Position numbers and translations under genes: made by a program. This document shows, one piece after another, positions 12,948 to 23,973 of a DNA stretch of 64,000 nucleotides. The notes under the pieces are model-generated. The model had not been told where the DNA came from. It did not search any database and saw nothing but the letters and a program-made list of their open reading frames with translations. Within the stretch, counting starts at the first letter, position 1, and every line of letters starts with the position of its first letter. Source of the stretch: an uncultured bacterium (GTDB lineage Bacteria > Verrucomicrobiota > Verrucomicrobiia > Limisphaerales > UBA8199); the NCBI GenBank assembly GCA_963749495.1, contig CAVVMW010000030.1:128001-192000 (forward strand). The letters run 5' to 3'.

Positions 12948-15746
12948 TCACCTGCCCGCTCTGGGCTGTGGACTGTGGACTCTGGACTGTGGACTGGACT
13001 CGTGGCTTTCCGGTTTTCGGGGAACGCCCAGGCACAGGAGCAACACAACGCCCACGGCAAGTCCCACGAGGCTGGTGTACAACCCGGTGAGAGGCGCAGT
13101 AAAGCGGAACTCGATTTGGTGCTCTCCGGCGGGCACCTGCACGCCGCGCATGACGTAATTGCAGCGCAGGAGGGCCGCCGGTTTTCCGTCCACGCTCACT
13201 TTCCAGCCCGGATCGAACTGGTCGTTCAGGAGCAACACGGAAGGTGCAGCAGCCTTGGCGTGCAATACGATTTGCCTGGGGGCGTAGCTGGCAAATTCGA
13301 CTGTGCCGGCGGATTGGGACGGGCTCGCATTGGTTTGAGCCGGGGCGGGCGCGGGCAGCGTGTCGGCTACAAGGACCGTCTGCGCAGGGTCAAAACCGCG
13401 GTTGGCCAGCAGCTTGAGCGTCTGCTCGTCATTGGTGGAGACTTGCCAGTTGGCGTAGAGCCTGGCGCGCGGCAGGGCGGCGGTGTACTCGTAGAGGGCC
13501 AGGGGACCGTCGGTGGTGGGAACGGCAGTCAATTGCTCGAAGCCCTCGATCGGGCCGGTCTGGTCCGGCTTGGGCGCTACTTTGAAGTACTTGAGGATCC
13601 TAAACGGCTTGCGGATCGGGTCGAGGGCCTGGTTGAGCTGGTCGGGAGGCAGCGCCAGGCCGAGCAAGTAGCGCGTGTTGGTCAGCTCCCAGTGTCGCAG
13701 CGGGAGGGGTCTTAGAGCCGTCTCAAACGCCGAGTATTGGATGGGCACACGCGGCAGTTGGACAACGTCGAGCGACTGGACGTTGTAGTAAGGGAAGAGA
13801 TGCTGTTTCCATTCGCTGTTGTAGAGATCCCTCATCGTAAAGTAATTCTCGACCAACGGCGCCGCTGCCGGCGGGAACTTCCTGATGTCGAAAAACTGCT
13901 CCACCGGCAGGACCGAGACGCGGTGCTCGTATGGTTTTTCGCGCATCAAATCGAGGATCGGGTTCGAGGCATAGGTCACCTTCCAGTTATAGACGATAAC
14001 CCACGGCAGGTCGGCTGCCATCAAATCCGCTGCGATCAAAACCCCGATCAGCACCATCCCCACCCTGGCCCGGCGGCCGCTGAAATAGCCGCTCAACACC
14101 ACGGCCATGAGGCCAAGCGCCGGGACCAGCAGGAGGATGAACCAGCCGACCTGCCGGAGGCTGAAGCCGGCCAGGACATCCGCCGTGGCGGCGTTGAAAT
14201 TGACCTCCTGCAGGTAGGCCACCAGGCGCTCGCGCGCGCAGGCATAGACCAGCCAGCCGAGCAGGCTCGCCCCCAGCGCCGCCCAGGAGCCCTTGATCCA
14301 ATTTTTCTCGAACGCCGTGGCCTTGCTCCACCAGGCCCGCATTTGTGGCCCCAGGCCCGCCGCCCCGGCCCCGGCCTGCCCTTGCAGGTATTGGCGGCGC
14401 AGGCCCTCGAGGCCGTAGCCAAACAGGATGACCAGGATCCAGCAGAAGACATGGATGAACTTGGCCGGGTTGCGGATCGTCGAGGTGTAGGGCAGGGCAT
14501 AGAAGAACCGGTAAAATGGCGCGTGCCGCCCGTAGGCCATCACTATCGCCACCACCGCCGCGCCCAGCCAGAAGTGGATGACACGCCGCTCCGCCGGCGA
14601 GAAGGCGCCGTTCATTCTGCGGAGCGACTGCGCCGCTCCAAAGAGGGCGATCACGATCACCAGCACCCCCGTGTAGGAGCCGCCCCCGGTAAACCGTGGA
14701 TACCCACCGGGCCTTGGCACGTCCTGGCCGGCCTTCCGGGCGGCCAGGTACTCGTCATAGGCCGGGTCCTGCCCCACCGCTCCCCAATACTGGCCCCCCT
14801 GGAACCAGTCCCCAAACGCCGCCACGTCCTTGGGCGTTTCCATGCGAAAACCGAAGACCCCCGGAACGAGCACCCCGAGCGTTTCCCACTTGGGCAGGCT
14901 CCACTGCGTGGCTTCTTTCCAGCGCATGGCCTTGGTCGCCGGGTCCTGCGCCATGCCGACGATGCCCTTGACCTGGGTGCTGACCAGGCTGCTCAGCGCG
15001 CCCGCCGCGAGCACCGCCGCAAAAACCGCCACCAGCGTGAGCCGCGCCAGGCCGGCGGCCAGTCTCTGCCCCACCGCCCCCGCTTGGCCGTTGAAGGCCT
15101 CGAAGATGATAAAGGCCCCCACAAACACGCTGAAAATCGCACCGATGTCGTACGATTCGTTTATCCCCATGCCGACGGCCGATCCCGCCAGCACCATCCG
15201 GACCCACTGCTTGGGGCTGGACTGGTCCGCTAGGGCCGCCAGGCCCAGGAACATCATGCCGAACCCGATCGGCTGCGCGGCCACCCCCCAGCAGGCCGTC
15301 GAGAGGAAGTCCGAGTTCAATGCCGCCGCCAGGCCGCCCACCAGACACACCCCCGCCGAGAATTTGCACTCCCGGAAAAAGACCCACGCCGAGAGCCCGA
15401 GCAGGAACAGGGACGTGAAGGCATAGAACTTGGACGTCAGCAGCGGGCCCACCATCGTTGACCATATCGCGGTGATGCTGGGGATTCCACTGGGGTAGGA
15501 GTACCCCACCCAGTTAAGGTCGTCCCAAAGGCCGAACATCCATGCCGGGGGCCTCTCCCAGGCGGCTTTGCACAACCCCAGCGGCCCGTCGTTGGAAGCC
15601 ACAGACATTCCCGGCAGCAGCCCCTTGAAGAAGAGCATTGTCAGGACGCAGAGCAGGAGCAGCGCCATCCATGCGAACTGGCCAAGGGCCGGGCGCCTCG
15701 CAGGACCCGGTCGCGGAGGTTGGACATTGGCTGGTGGTGATTTCAT
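12948..15746 (-). CDS. YfhO-family polytopic membrane protein (putative GT-C glycosyltransferase)
   Basis: Many TM segments; RNPAKF; C-terminal 'LLLNDQFDPGWKVSVDG..NYVMRGVQVPAGEHQIEFRF'. Confidence 0.8.
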   Translation of the reverse strand: MKSPPANVQPPRPGPARRPALGQFAWMALLLLCVLTMLFFKGLLPGMSVASNDGPLGLCKAAWERPPAWMFGLWDDLNWVGYSYPSGIPSITAIWSTMVGPLLTSKFYAFTSLFLLGLSAWVFFRECKFSAGVCLVGGLAAALNSDFLSTACWGVAAQPIGFGMMFLGLAALADQSSPKQWVRMVLAGSAVGMGINESYDIGAIFSVFVGAFIIFEAFNGQAGAVGQRLAAGLARLTLVAVFAAVLAAGALSSLVSTQVKGIVGMAQDPATKAMRWKEATQWSLPKWETLGVLVPGVFGFRMETPKDVAAFGDWFQGGQYWGAVGQDPAYDEYLAARKAGQDVPRPGGYPRFTGGGSYTGVLVIVIALFGAAQSLRRMNGAFSPAERRVIHFWLGAAVVAIVMAYGRHAPFYRFFYALPYTSTIRNPAKFIHVFCWILVILFGYGLEGLRRQYLQGQAGAGAAGLGPQMRAWWSKATAFEKNWIKGSWAALGASLLGWLVYACARERLVAYLQEVNFNAATADVLAGFSLRQVGWFILLLVPALGLMAVVLSGYFSGRRARVGMVLIGVLIAADLMAADLPWVIVYNWKVTYASNPILDLMREKPYEHRVSVLPVEQFFDIRKFPPAAAPLVENYFTMRDLYNSEWKQHLFPYYNVQSLDVVQLPRVPIQYSAFETALRPLPLRHWELTNTRYLLGLALPPDQLNQALDPIRKPFRILKYFKVAPKPDQTGPIEGFEQLTAVPTTDGPLALYEYTAALPRARLYANWQVSTNDEQTLKLLANRGFDPAQTVLVADTLPAPAPAQTNASPSQSAGTVEFASYAPRQIVLHAKAAAPSVLLLNDQFDPGWKVSVDGKPAALLRCNYVMRGVQVPAGEHQIEFRFTAPLTGLYTSLVGLAVGVVLLLCLGVPRKPESHESSPQSRVHSPQPRAGR

Positions 15747-16066
15747 ATCTTTGCCTTACAACCTAAAAAAACCTAAAAAAGCTGAACAAGAATATCAAGT
15801 TGCCAGCCGATCTCAACTGCCTAAATTCGAGGCGCGCGCGGCGCGCGGGGGGGGCGGATCCTGGCTCTGTCCCCTGGCAGTCTGTCGGACCCAGAAGAAT
15901 ATTTTTGCATAAGTCGTTGATAATGAGTCATTAGTAGTGAATATCATATATAAATAAGTTAATATTATATAGGATTTGTCGTTGCCAGGACCGTCACACC
16001 TCGATAGTATATATTTCACTGAGCGGAATGTTGCGGAAACGTATTCGGCAGAATTGAACGCGTAAA

Positions 16067-17074
16067 ATGAAAGACAAGAAGCCAGAAATCTGGGTGAACG
16101 TTGATGTTGTCGGCGCGTGTCCCCTTCGTTGCATCAGTTGTCCTGCGGGCCGCCGGGAACTGAAGCCCACCTCGGATTTGATGTCGGCGGACATGCTCCA
16201 GCGCATACTCACCAAGGTGGCCAGCGAGCTTCATGTCACTCGCATTTGGTTGCTGCAGTGGACTGAGCCGCTCCTGCACCCTCAACTTCCCGACCTCGTC
16301 AGGCTGGCCAAGCGGTTCGCCCCCACCGTCATCAGCACGGGTGCGAGTGTCTGCCGTTGCAACCTCAAGGACCTGGTGGCAGCCGAACCCGATGACCTCC
16401 TGGTCGCCATGTCCGGGTGGAGCCGGGAAGTCTATCAAACGACTCATGAAGGCGGCGACCCCGAAAACGTCAAGGCCTTCATGGTCAAGCTCCACGAACT
16501 CAAGGCCAGGAACGTCAGCTTGCTATGGCACCGCTACGCCAACAACATTGACGAGGAAGACCTGGCCAGGGCGTTCGCCCGCCGCCATGGTTTCATCTTC
16601 CGAGGCTGGTGGGCCGTCCATAATCCAGTCCAGGATCTCATTGCCGGCAAGGGCAATCCCTATCTCGTCCTATCTGTGCCCGAACGGCTCCAGATTACGC
16701 GCGACCAGGAGAAATACCAGTGCCCGTACCTATCTCTGACAATTGATATTGATGTTCAAGGGGACATCCGCAACTGTTGCGTCTCACATGTCGCGGACCG
16801 CGGCAACGTGTTCACTCACTCGGCAGCTGACTTCCTCCGCCGCCGGATGAGCCTCGAAAACCCCCTCTGCAAAGCATGTTACGGTGCCGGCGCCTATAAG
16901 ATCGCCAGCGGCCTCAACCTGCGGATTGACCGCGAATGCGCCAGGAGGGTGGGAAAACACCAGGCCCGCTATTGGTTTGAAAGGACGAAGAAAGCCGTCT
17001 GGATGCCTCTGGCCACCCGCAAAAAGGTGTTGGTGCCCAGCACGGCGCACCTCATGGGTTATTCCGGCACGTAG
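16067..17074 (+). CDS. Radical SAM protein with SPASM/twitch-like C-terminus
   Basis: CPLRCISC (CxxxCxxC), EPLLHP, later C..IDVQGDIRNCC..CKAC. Confidence 0.8.
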   Translation: MKDKKPEIWVNVDVVGACPLRCISCPAGRRELKPTSDLMSADMLQRILTKVASELHVTRIWLLQWTEPLLHPQLPDLVRLAKRFAPTVISTGASVCRCNLKDLVAAEPDDLLVAMSGWSREVYQTTHEGGDPENVKAFMVKLHELKARNVSLLWHRYANNIDEEDLARAFARRHGFIFRGWWAVHNPVQDLIAGKGNPYLVLSVPERLQITRDQEKYQCPYLSLTIDIDVQGDIRNCCVSHVADRGNVFTHSAADFLRRRMSLENPLCKACYGAGAYKIASGLNLRIDRECARRVGKHQARYWFERTKKAVWMPLATRKKVLVPSTAHLMGYSGT

Positions 17075-17345
17075 CGGTCCATCGCCTCAAGGTTTGGAGA
17101 ACACGAAACACATCCCCTGGCGCAGGCCCGGTGGCGGGTTTGTGAAGGGTCCAACCCAAACCCTGGTGGGCGCGCAAGTTCGCGGAATCGGGCTTCCGGC
17201 ACTCCGAGGCTCATGGTTTCCCCGTTTTCTCCTTGACGTTCAATGGCGGTTTGGGCAGAATGGCGGAGTGTCCGGCAGAGATAGAAAGTCAATATGTTCC
17301 AAAGGGGTATTGCCAGATGATCCGAGAGGTAACTTGAGGTTCGAT

Positions 17346-20300
17346 ATGAAGAACTTGCTCAGAGGGGGTGTGGCAGCCGCGGTGCTTCTGGCTGTCCTGT
17401 GCATCAACCATCGTGTTTTGGCCCAGACGAACTGTGTGCCTGCGCCTTTGGGCCTGGTCAGTTGGTGGGCCGGGGAGGGCAATGCCCTGGACAGCGCCGG
17501 CCTTAACGACGGGACGGCCTTCGGCGGGGTCGCTTACGCTGCCGGCGAGGTCGGCCAGGGCTTCGTCCTGGACGGCGTCACAGGGCATGTCCGTGTCCCG
17601 GACAGCCCGTCCCTGCGCATCGCCAATGCGCTCACGCTGGAAGCCTGGGTCCAGCCCAGGCTCTACGCGTCACATTCCATGGGCATCATTGACAAGTGGG
17701 ACGCGTTTGTCGCGGCGGGCCAGGCAAGCTACACGCTCTATCTGACGTACGACGGCCGGCCCCATTTTGCCCTCAGCGCCTCGGGGTCCGACTTTGACTT
17801 CGTGGATGTCTGGAGCAGCAACACCGTGCCCGTGGGCGTCTGGAGCCACGTCGCCGGCACTTACGACGGCACTACGACCAGGCTCTATATCAATGGCAGC
17901 CTCCAAGCGGCGGCCAGTTGGGCTCAGGGCATCTATCCCGGGACCAGCAACGTGGCGGTCGGCGGCGCCGTCGGGGGCACAAGCCCGGGGCAAGTGAATT
18001 ATCCGTTTGCCGGCATGATTGACGAACCGTCGGTTTACGCACGAGCGCTGGCGGCGTCCGAGGTTCAATCCATCTTCGCCGCCGGCAGCTCGGGCAAGTG
18101 CGTCGGGCCGGTCGGTCCGTACATTGTCTCAGAGCCGGCGAGCCAAACCATGCTGCTCGGGGCTACGGTGACCTTCAGCGTGGCCGCCATCGGCACACCG
18201 CCTTTGACTTACCAGTGGCAGTTGAACAGCAACAACATCCCCGGGGCCACCGGCAGTGCCTTGGTGCTGACCAACGTGCAGTTTGCTGACGCGGGCGCCT
18301 ATTCGGTCATCGTGTCCAACCTTGCGGGGACCGCGACCAGTTCCAGTGCGGTGTTGACGGTCGTTGCGGTCCCGCCATGCGCCGCGGCGCCCGCCGGCCT
18401 GGCCGGCTGGTGGGCCGGGGAGGGCAACGCCAACGACAGCGTTGGCACGAACAACGGTATCCTGGAGGGTGGCCTGACGTTTGCGCCCGGCAAGGTGGGC
18501 CGGGCCTTCAGTTTTGATGGAATTACCGCCGATGTGCACGTGCCGGCCTCGGGCAGTGTCGATGTGGGCGCCGGCGACGGGTTCACCGTGGAGGCCTGGA
18601 TCAACCCGGCCGACGTTGCGGAGCGTCCCTTGGTGGAATGGAACAGTGGCTCCTTTGGCGTCAACTTCTGGCTCTCGGCGCCACTGCCGGCGGGCGGCGG
18701 GCCCGGGTCGTTGTGGGCCGACGTGCGGGACGTCAATTTCCAACAACACCCGGTTTTCAGCGCCGGTGGACTGGTGGTTCCCAATGCCTGGCAGCACGTG
18801 GCGCTGACCTACAGCAAGGCGAGCGGCGTTGCGGACTTGTACCTCAACGGAAACGCCGTCCAACAGGCAGCCATCGGGCTGGTGAGGCCGATGACGAGGG
18901 GTGATCTTTGGTTCGGGCTGCGGCCCTATGACGCCGGGGTGGGGATGCGCTTCGCCGGGAGGATGGATGAGGTGAGCCTGTATAGCCGGGCGCTTTCGGC
19001 GGCGGAGATTCAGGCTGTTTACAGCGCGGGCGGTTCGGGGAAATGCCCTCTGGCCCCGATGATTTCAGCGCAGCCGCAGACCCAGTCGGCCATTTTCGGC
19101 GACACCGTCCTCTTCAGCGTTGCGGCCACAGGGACAGCACCGTTGAGCTACCAGTGGCAGGTCAACAGCAACGCCATATCAGGCGCGACGGGCAGTTCGC
19201 TGGTGCTGACCAACGTGCAGTCCGCTGACGCGGGGGCCTATTCGGTCATCGTGTCCAACCTTGCGGGGACGGCGACCAGTTCCAGTGCGGTGTTGACGGT
19301 CCTTGCGGCTGCTCCCTGCGCGACGGCCCCCACCGGCCTGGTCGGTTGGTGGGCCGGGGAGGGCAACGCCGCCGATAGCATCGGGACCGACGATGGTGTA
19401 ATCGAGGGCGGCCTGACTTTTGTGCCCGGCAAAGTGGGCCAGGCCTTTAATTTCGACGGGGCCACGGCAGAGGTGCGCGTCCCGGCCTCACCCGCTCTGG
19501 ATGTCGGGACAGGACCCGGCATGACCATCGAGGCCTGGATTCGGCCGGCGAGCGTTTCCGCCGAGCAGGTCGTGGCAGAGTGGAACAACGGCTACTTTGG
19601 CACAGGGCTGGAACGTCGCGGTCATTCCCTTGAGCGGGGGCAACGGGGCGGGGTCGTTCACGGCCAACTTCAAAGACGTCTTCAACCAGCACCATCTCAT
19701 CAATTCCCCGCCTGGGGTGCTCACCACCAACCGCTTCCAACACGTGGCGGCCACCTACGATAAGACCAGCGGGGATGCGGCGCTTTACCTCGATGGCACC
19801 CCGGTCGCCCAGGCCAACCTCGGGTTCTTTACGCCCCGGACGATCGGCGACTTGTACTTTGGACTGAGGGCTGACAGTGGCGCCACAGGATCGTGGTTTT
19901 CAGGCGCTATCGATGAGCTGAGCGTTTACGGCCGCGCCCTGTCTGGGGCCGAGGTCCAGGCCATTCACTCCGCTGGGAGCTCCGGCAAGTGCCCCTTGGC
20001 CCCGGTGATTGCAGTTCAACCTCAAAGCCAGACCGTTGTGGCCGGCGCGACGGTAACCCTAAGCGTCGGGGCCACGGGCACACGGCCGCTGGGCTATCAA
20101 TGGCTCTTGAACAGCAACAGCATCCCTATGGCGACCGGCAGTTCGTTGGTGCTGACCAACGTGCAGTTCTCAGAGGCGGGCGCTTACTCGGTCATGGTCT
20201 CGAATCCGGTCGGGACCCTCACCAGCTCGAATGCCGTCCTGACCGTGACCCGCCCGCCGGCCCTGGTGCAGGCCGCCAACTCGAGCGGTGTCGGCGCGGG

Positions 20301-21630
20301 CGCGGTGACGGTTCCCATCCTGCTGGTGGCCAATGGCAACGAGAACGGCCTGGCCTTCACGCTCGATTTCGACCCCACGAAGCTGATTTACACCGGCGTC
20401 GGCCTCGACAGCGGGGCAACCAATGCTGCGCTGGTGTCCAACGCCAGCCAGGCGACCAACGGGCTGATCGGCATCGCTGTGGCCATGCCGACGGATGGCC
20501 TCTTTGCCCCAGGCACGCAGGCCGTGGCCCAGGTGAGCTTCACGGCCGCAATGGTCACCAACGCGGCCTCGACCCCCGTCAGTTTCGGCAGCCAGGTAGT
20601 CAAGTCCCTGGTCGTCGATGCCAATGCCAATCCCTTGGCCGCCAACTTCGTCAGCGGGTTGGTGTCCATCGCCCCGACTCCCCTCGAAGGCGATGTCTTC
20701 CCGCGGCCCAATGGGGACGAGGCCGTCACGTTGAGTGACTGGGTGCTGGTGGGGCGGTATGCGGCGGGACTGGATTCTCCGACCAACGCCCTCGAGTTCC
20801 AAAAGGCGGACTGCGCGCCGCGCGCCAGCCTGGGCGACGGGGCCATCACGGTCATCGATTGGGTGCAGGCCGGGCGCTACATGGCCGGTCTGGATCCGCT
20901 CACGCCGGCCGGCGGTCCCACCGGACCGTTTGGCCCCGGGGCACTGCGGGTGCAGAAGGACCCGCCCCCCGGCCCGGCCCCGCAGACCCTCTCGCGCCAG
21001 GTCCAGGTGCTGGACACGGTTATCTTGCAGGGCCAGAGCGGGACGGTCTTTGTGAATCTCAAGGCCCTGGGCAACGAGAACGCCCTGGGCTTCACCCTCT
21101 CCTTTGACCCGAGCGTGTTGACCTATACCCGGACCGGCACGGGCAGCGATCTCAGCGCGGCCGGCGGTTCGATGATCGTCAATGAGACGCAGAAGGCCTC
21201 GGGGCGGGTGAGCCTTATGATGGGGCTGCAACCGGGCGCCAGTTTTGCCGCCGGCGACCAGCAAGTCGCCCAAGTGAGCTTCTCCGCCCGGGCCTCGGTT
21301 TCGGGCAAATACCCGGTCACGCTCCTCAGTCAGCCGGTGGCTTGCCAGGTCTCGGACCCCGCTGCCGTGCCGTTGGCGGCCGGCTACGTCAATGGCGCCA
21401 TCACCATCAGCGGGCCGCCCAGCCTGAGCATCGCGCACTCGGCCCAAGCCATCGTGCTCTCCTGGCCGTTGTGGGCGGCCAATTTCGAGTTGCAGGAGGC
21501 CAGTGGACCCTTGTCGCCGGCCATGACGTGGTCGAGCGCGGCCGTGACGCTGACCGCCGCCGCCGGCACCTACACAGCCTCTCTGGCGCCCGGCAGCACG
21601 AACAAGTTCTACCGCCTGCGCCAGAAATGA
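17346..21630 (+). CDS. Large secreted protein: three LamG-like + Ig units, cohesin, dockerin-like, cohesin, FYR module; frameshift near 19600
   Basis: Signal peptide MKNLLRGG..; three 'GLV.WWAGEGNA.DS' LamG domains; ORFs 16884..19763 and 19597..21630 join within the third LamG domain. Confidence 0.8.
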
Positions 21631-23896
21631 ACCGCGTCGCGGAGCGACGCCTGACGGCGTGGCGCTGGCAGATCCAATCCTGGTACCGCACGAGGATTAC
21701 CTCGTGAATATCCTCGACGGTCAGGTCGAGGCGGTTGCCGTGGCGGCGCAGGCGGGTCGAGCGGTTGAGTCCGGCGGCATGTTTGATCGGCCGATCCAGG
21801 GTGATGCTGGCGCGGTAGATCGGGGCGTCCTCGATCAGTGCCGGAAAGACATAGGACCAGTCCGTAGCGGGGGTGTTTTGCGGCGGGGAGGCGTAACTGA
21901 TCAAGTGTGCCCGCAAGGTGCGCTGGGCCGGGTCGTCGGTGACCACCGCCTCGACGGTTGCCGGCGCGGCAATCTCGACCCGGGGCTTGGGGTCGAGGAA
22001 ACGCGCGGCATACCGGAGGAGCCTGCGGGTCTCGACGATATGGAGTTCGCTGCCCGTGGCATAGTCGGGTGAGCCGGCGAAGGTGAGCACGATGCCCTGG
22101 CCGAAGTGGTTGACGAGGATGGCGGGACCGGCTCGTTCGCCGGCGCTCATGAGCCAGTCGGGGTCTTCCATGCCTGCTTTTTGCTGGAGGAGGGTGCGGC
22201 GGGGTTTGAGCAGGTCCCCCAGGGCCGTGGCAGTGACGGGTTGGTAGAGCACAGCAGGACCTTTGACAAGAAAAGGCCAGTCGGGCGGGGTGTCACCCTG
22301 AAGCGGGCGCAGATCGGCGTTGGCGCCGGCCGGAAACCTGAACCAGTTGTCCTGGGACTCGAGCCGGCCCTGGAGCCTGGCGCCGATGAGTTCCGCCAGC
22401 GAGGACTGCGTCTGTCTCCGGCCGAACCGGTCTAGGGTGCCGGTCAGGCCGGTGACGATAAGCTTGCCGCCGGCCTCGACGTAGCGGCGGAAGAGCGCGG
22501 CTTCTCTCTCGGAAACGATGGCCGCGTTGGGCAGGAGCACGATGGGAAACTGCCGCAGGGTGTCGAGCGTCACGTTTTCCTCGTGGATCACCCCCCAGGG
22601 GATGTGCTCATAGACCATCGCCTTGTGGGCGCCCAGAAAGGCCAGGTAGTAATCGGCCGGCTTGCCGCGTCCCATCCAGTCGCGGGTCCGGCTGCTGTAA
22701 TAAATGCCGACCTCCTGCACCGGTTGATGGCCAAAGTGCGGACGCTTGGCCTGGGCCTCGCGGAAGAGGGGCTTGAAGCGGTCGTAGGCCACCGGATCAA
22801 TCCAACCATCGAGGCCCGTCTTGTCAACCATGATGACGAAAGCGTCGTGCGCCAGCAGAGTCATCAGTTCCCAGCGCATGTCGTTGAGCGGGCGGGTGGT
22901 CTGATCGTGATACCCCCGGACCCCGCGCTGCATGGCTACCATGAAGGGGTTGCCTGGCCTGGCGGCGCGGAAGAACTCGGCATTGAGCCCGACAGTCAGC
23001 GCGCCGAAACACCATAGCCCGGCCTCGCCGGCCATGAAGTCCCCATTGAGGGCGTGCTGCACCGGCCGCTGGCCACACTCCCAGGAGAACGGCGGGTACC
23101 CATGGTAGTTGAAGAACACAGTGGCCTTGGGGTTCAGGCGGTGAACGTGCCGGGTCATTTCCTTTTCGAACCAATCGCTGCTGGCATAGCGCATCTCCAG
23201 CACGCGCTCCCAGTCCTCGTCCCAGCTCGGATAGCGGGGCATAGGCCGGCCGCATTGGGCCTCAAACTCCTGCTGGCAGGCCGGGCACCAGCACCCGTAA
23301 GGGGGGATGAAGCCTTGGTCCGCCATGTCCAACTCGACCCCGTCGATCCCGTAGGCGAGCTGTTCGGCGACCAACTGCTTTATGTATTCAAGATAACCGG
23401 ACCGGAAGCAGACCCGCTCGATGGGCTGGCCGTCGGCGGCCACCATCCGCCACTCCGGATGCCGTCGGAGCGTTTCAGAGCAATATTGAAGGCAACTGTA
23501 GGCCATGACCGTCAGGCCAAGCTTGTGCCCTTCCTCTACCGCCTCGCGCAGGACGTCGCGGCTCCCAAGTCCGGGCGCCTTGGGCTCGTATTTCGAGTCG
23601 TAATAGACGCGCTCGCCATCCCGGATCCAGACCGACAGAAACTCACCGCCGGCCTCTTTGCAGCGCCGCGCTATTTCGCCCCCGTCGAACTTCGCCGCAT
23701 AAGCCGCGTCGTTCGGGTCGAAGCCGGACTGCGTTCCCGTGGGGTCAATGTGCATGCCCACCCAAGATCGCTTGAACCAAGGCACGTCCTGGGGCGCGGC
23801 GCTCCCGGCGCACAACGGCCAGGCCAGCCCCGTCGCGAGGAGAAAAATCCGGAGAAGGCGCTGCTCGAACCGCGGAAGTGGAGTGGGGTTGGGCAT
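21407..23896 (-). CDS. Glycoside hydrolase-like protein (GHL6/alpha-amylase-like TIM barrel plus beta-galactosidase trimerisation domain)
   Basis: Signal peptide; HPEW, YGIDGVELD, CWCPAC, GATase-like 'LLPNAA..YVEAGGKLIVTG'; last ~90 codons overlap the convergent gene, so the true stop is probably near 21680. Confidence 0.7.
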   Translation of the reverse strand: MPNPTPLPRFEQRLLRIFLLATGLAWPLCAGSAAPQDVPWFKRSWVGMHIDPTGTQSGFDPNDAAYAAKFDGGEIARRCKEAGGEFLSVWIRDGERVYYDSKYEPKAPGLGSRDVLREAVEEGHKLGLTVMAYSCLQYCSETLRRHPEWRMVAADGQPIERVCFRSGYLEYIKQLVAEQLAYGIDGVELDMADQGFIPPYGCWCPACQQEFEAQCGRPMPRYPSWDEDWERVLEMRYASSDWFEKEMTRHVHRLNPKATVFFNYHGYPPFSWECGQRPVQHALNGDFMAGEAGLWCFGALTVGLNAEFFRAARPGNPFMVAMQRGVRGYHDQTTRPLNDMRWELMTLLAHDAFVIMVDKTGLDGWIDPVAYDRFKPLFREAQAKRPHFGHQPVQEVGIYYSSRTRDWMGRGKPADYYLAFLGAHKAMVYEHIPWGVIHEENVTLDTLRQFPIVLLPNAAIVSEREAALFRRYVEAGGKLIVTGLTGTLDRFGRRQTQSSLAELIGARLQGRLESQDNWFRFPAGANADLRPLQGDTPPDWPFLVKGPAVLYQPVTATALGDLLKPRRTLLQQKAGMEDPDWLMSAGERAGPAILVNHFGQGIVLTFAGSPDYATGSELHIVETRRLLRYAARFLDPKPRVEIAAPATVEAVVTDDPAQRTLRAHLISYASPPQNTPATDWSYVFPALIEDAPIYRASITLDRPIKHAAGLNRSTRLRRHGNRLDLTVEDIHEVILVRYQDWICQRHAVRRRSATRFISGAGGRTCSCCRAPERLCRCRRRRSASRPRSTTSWPATRVHWPPATRNWPPTTARRARWLGPSARCSGWAAR

Positions 23897-23973
23897 ATAT
23901 GTTTTAATGCTAAGTGGTCTCGAGCCCCTCGGCAAGCCGGCATCTGGGTCCCAAATCCTCGCCTGACCATTTT

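Noticed and set aside
21407..21680. Long convergent overlap between the glycoside hydrolase-like and LamG genes
   Set aside because: The extension reads like shadow sequence; a lost stop or sequence error near VRY-CAG is more likely.
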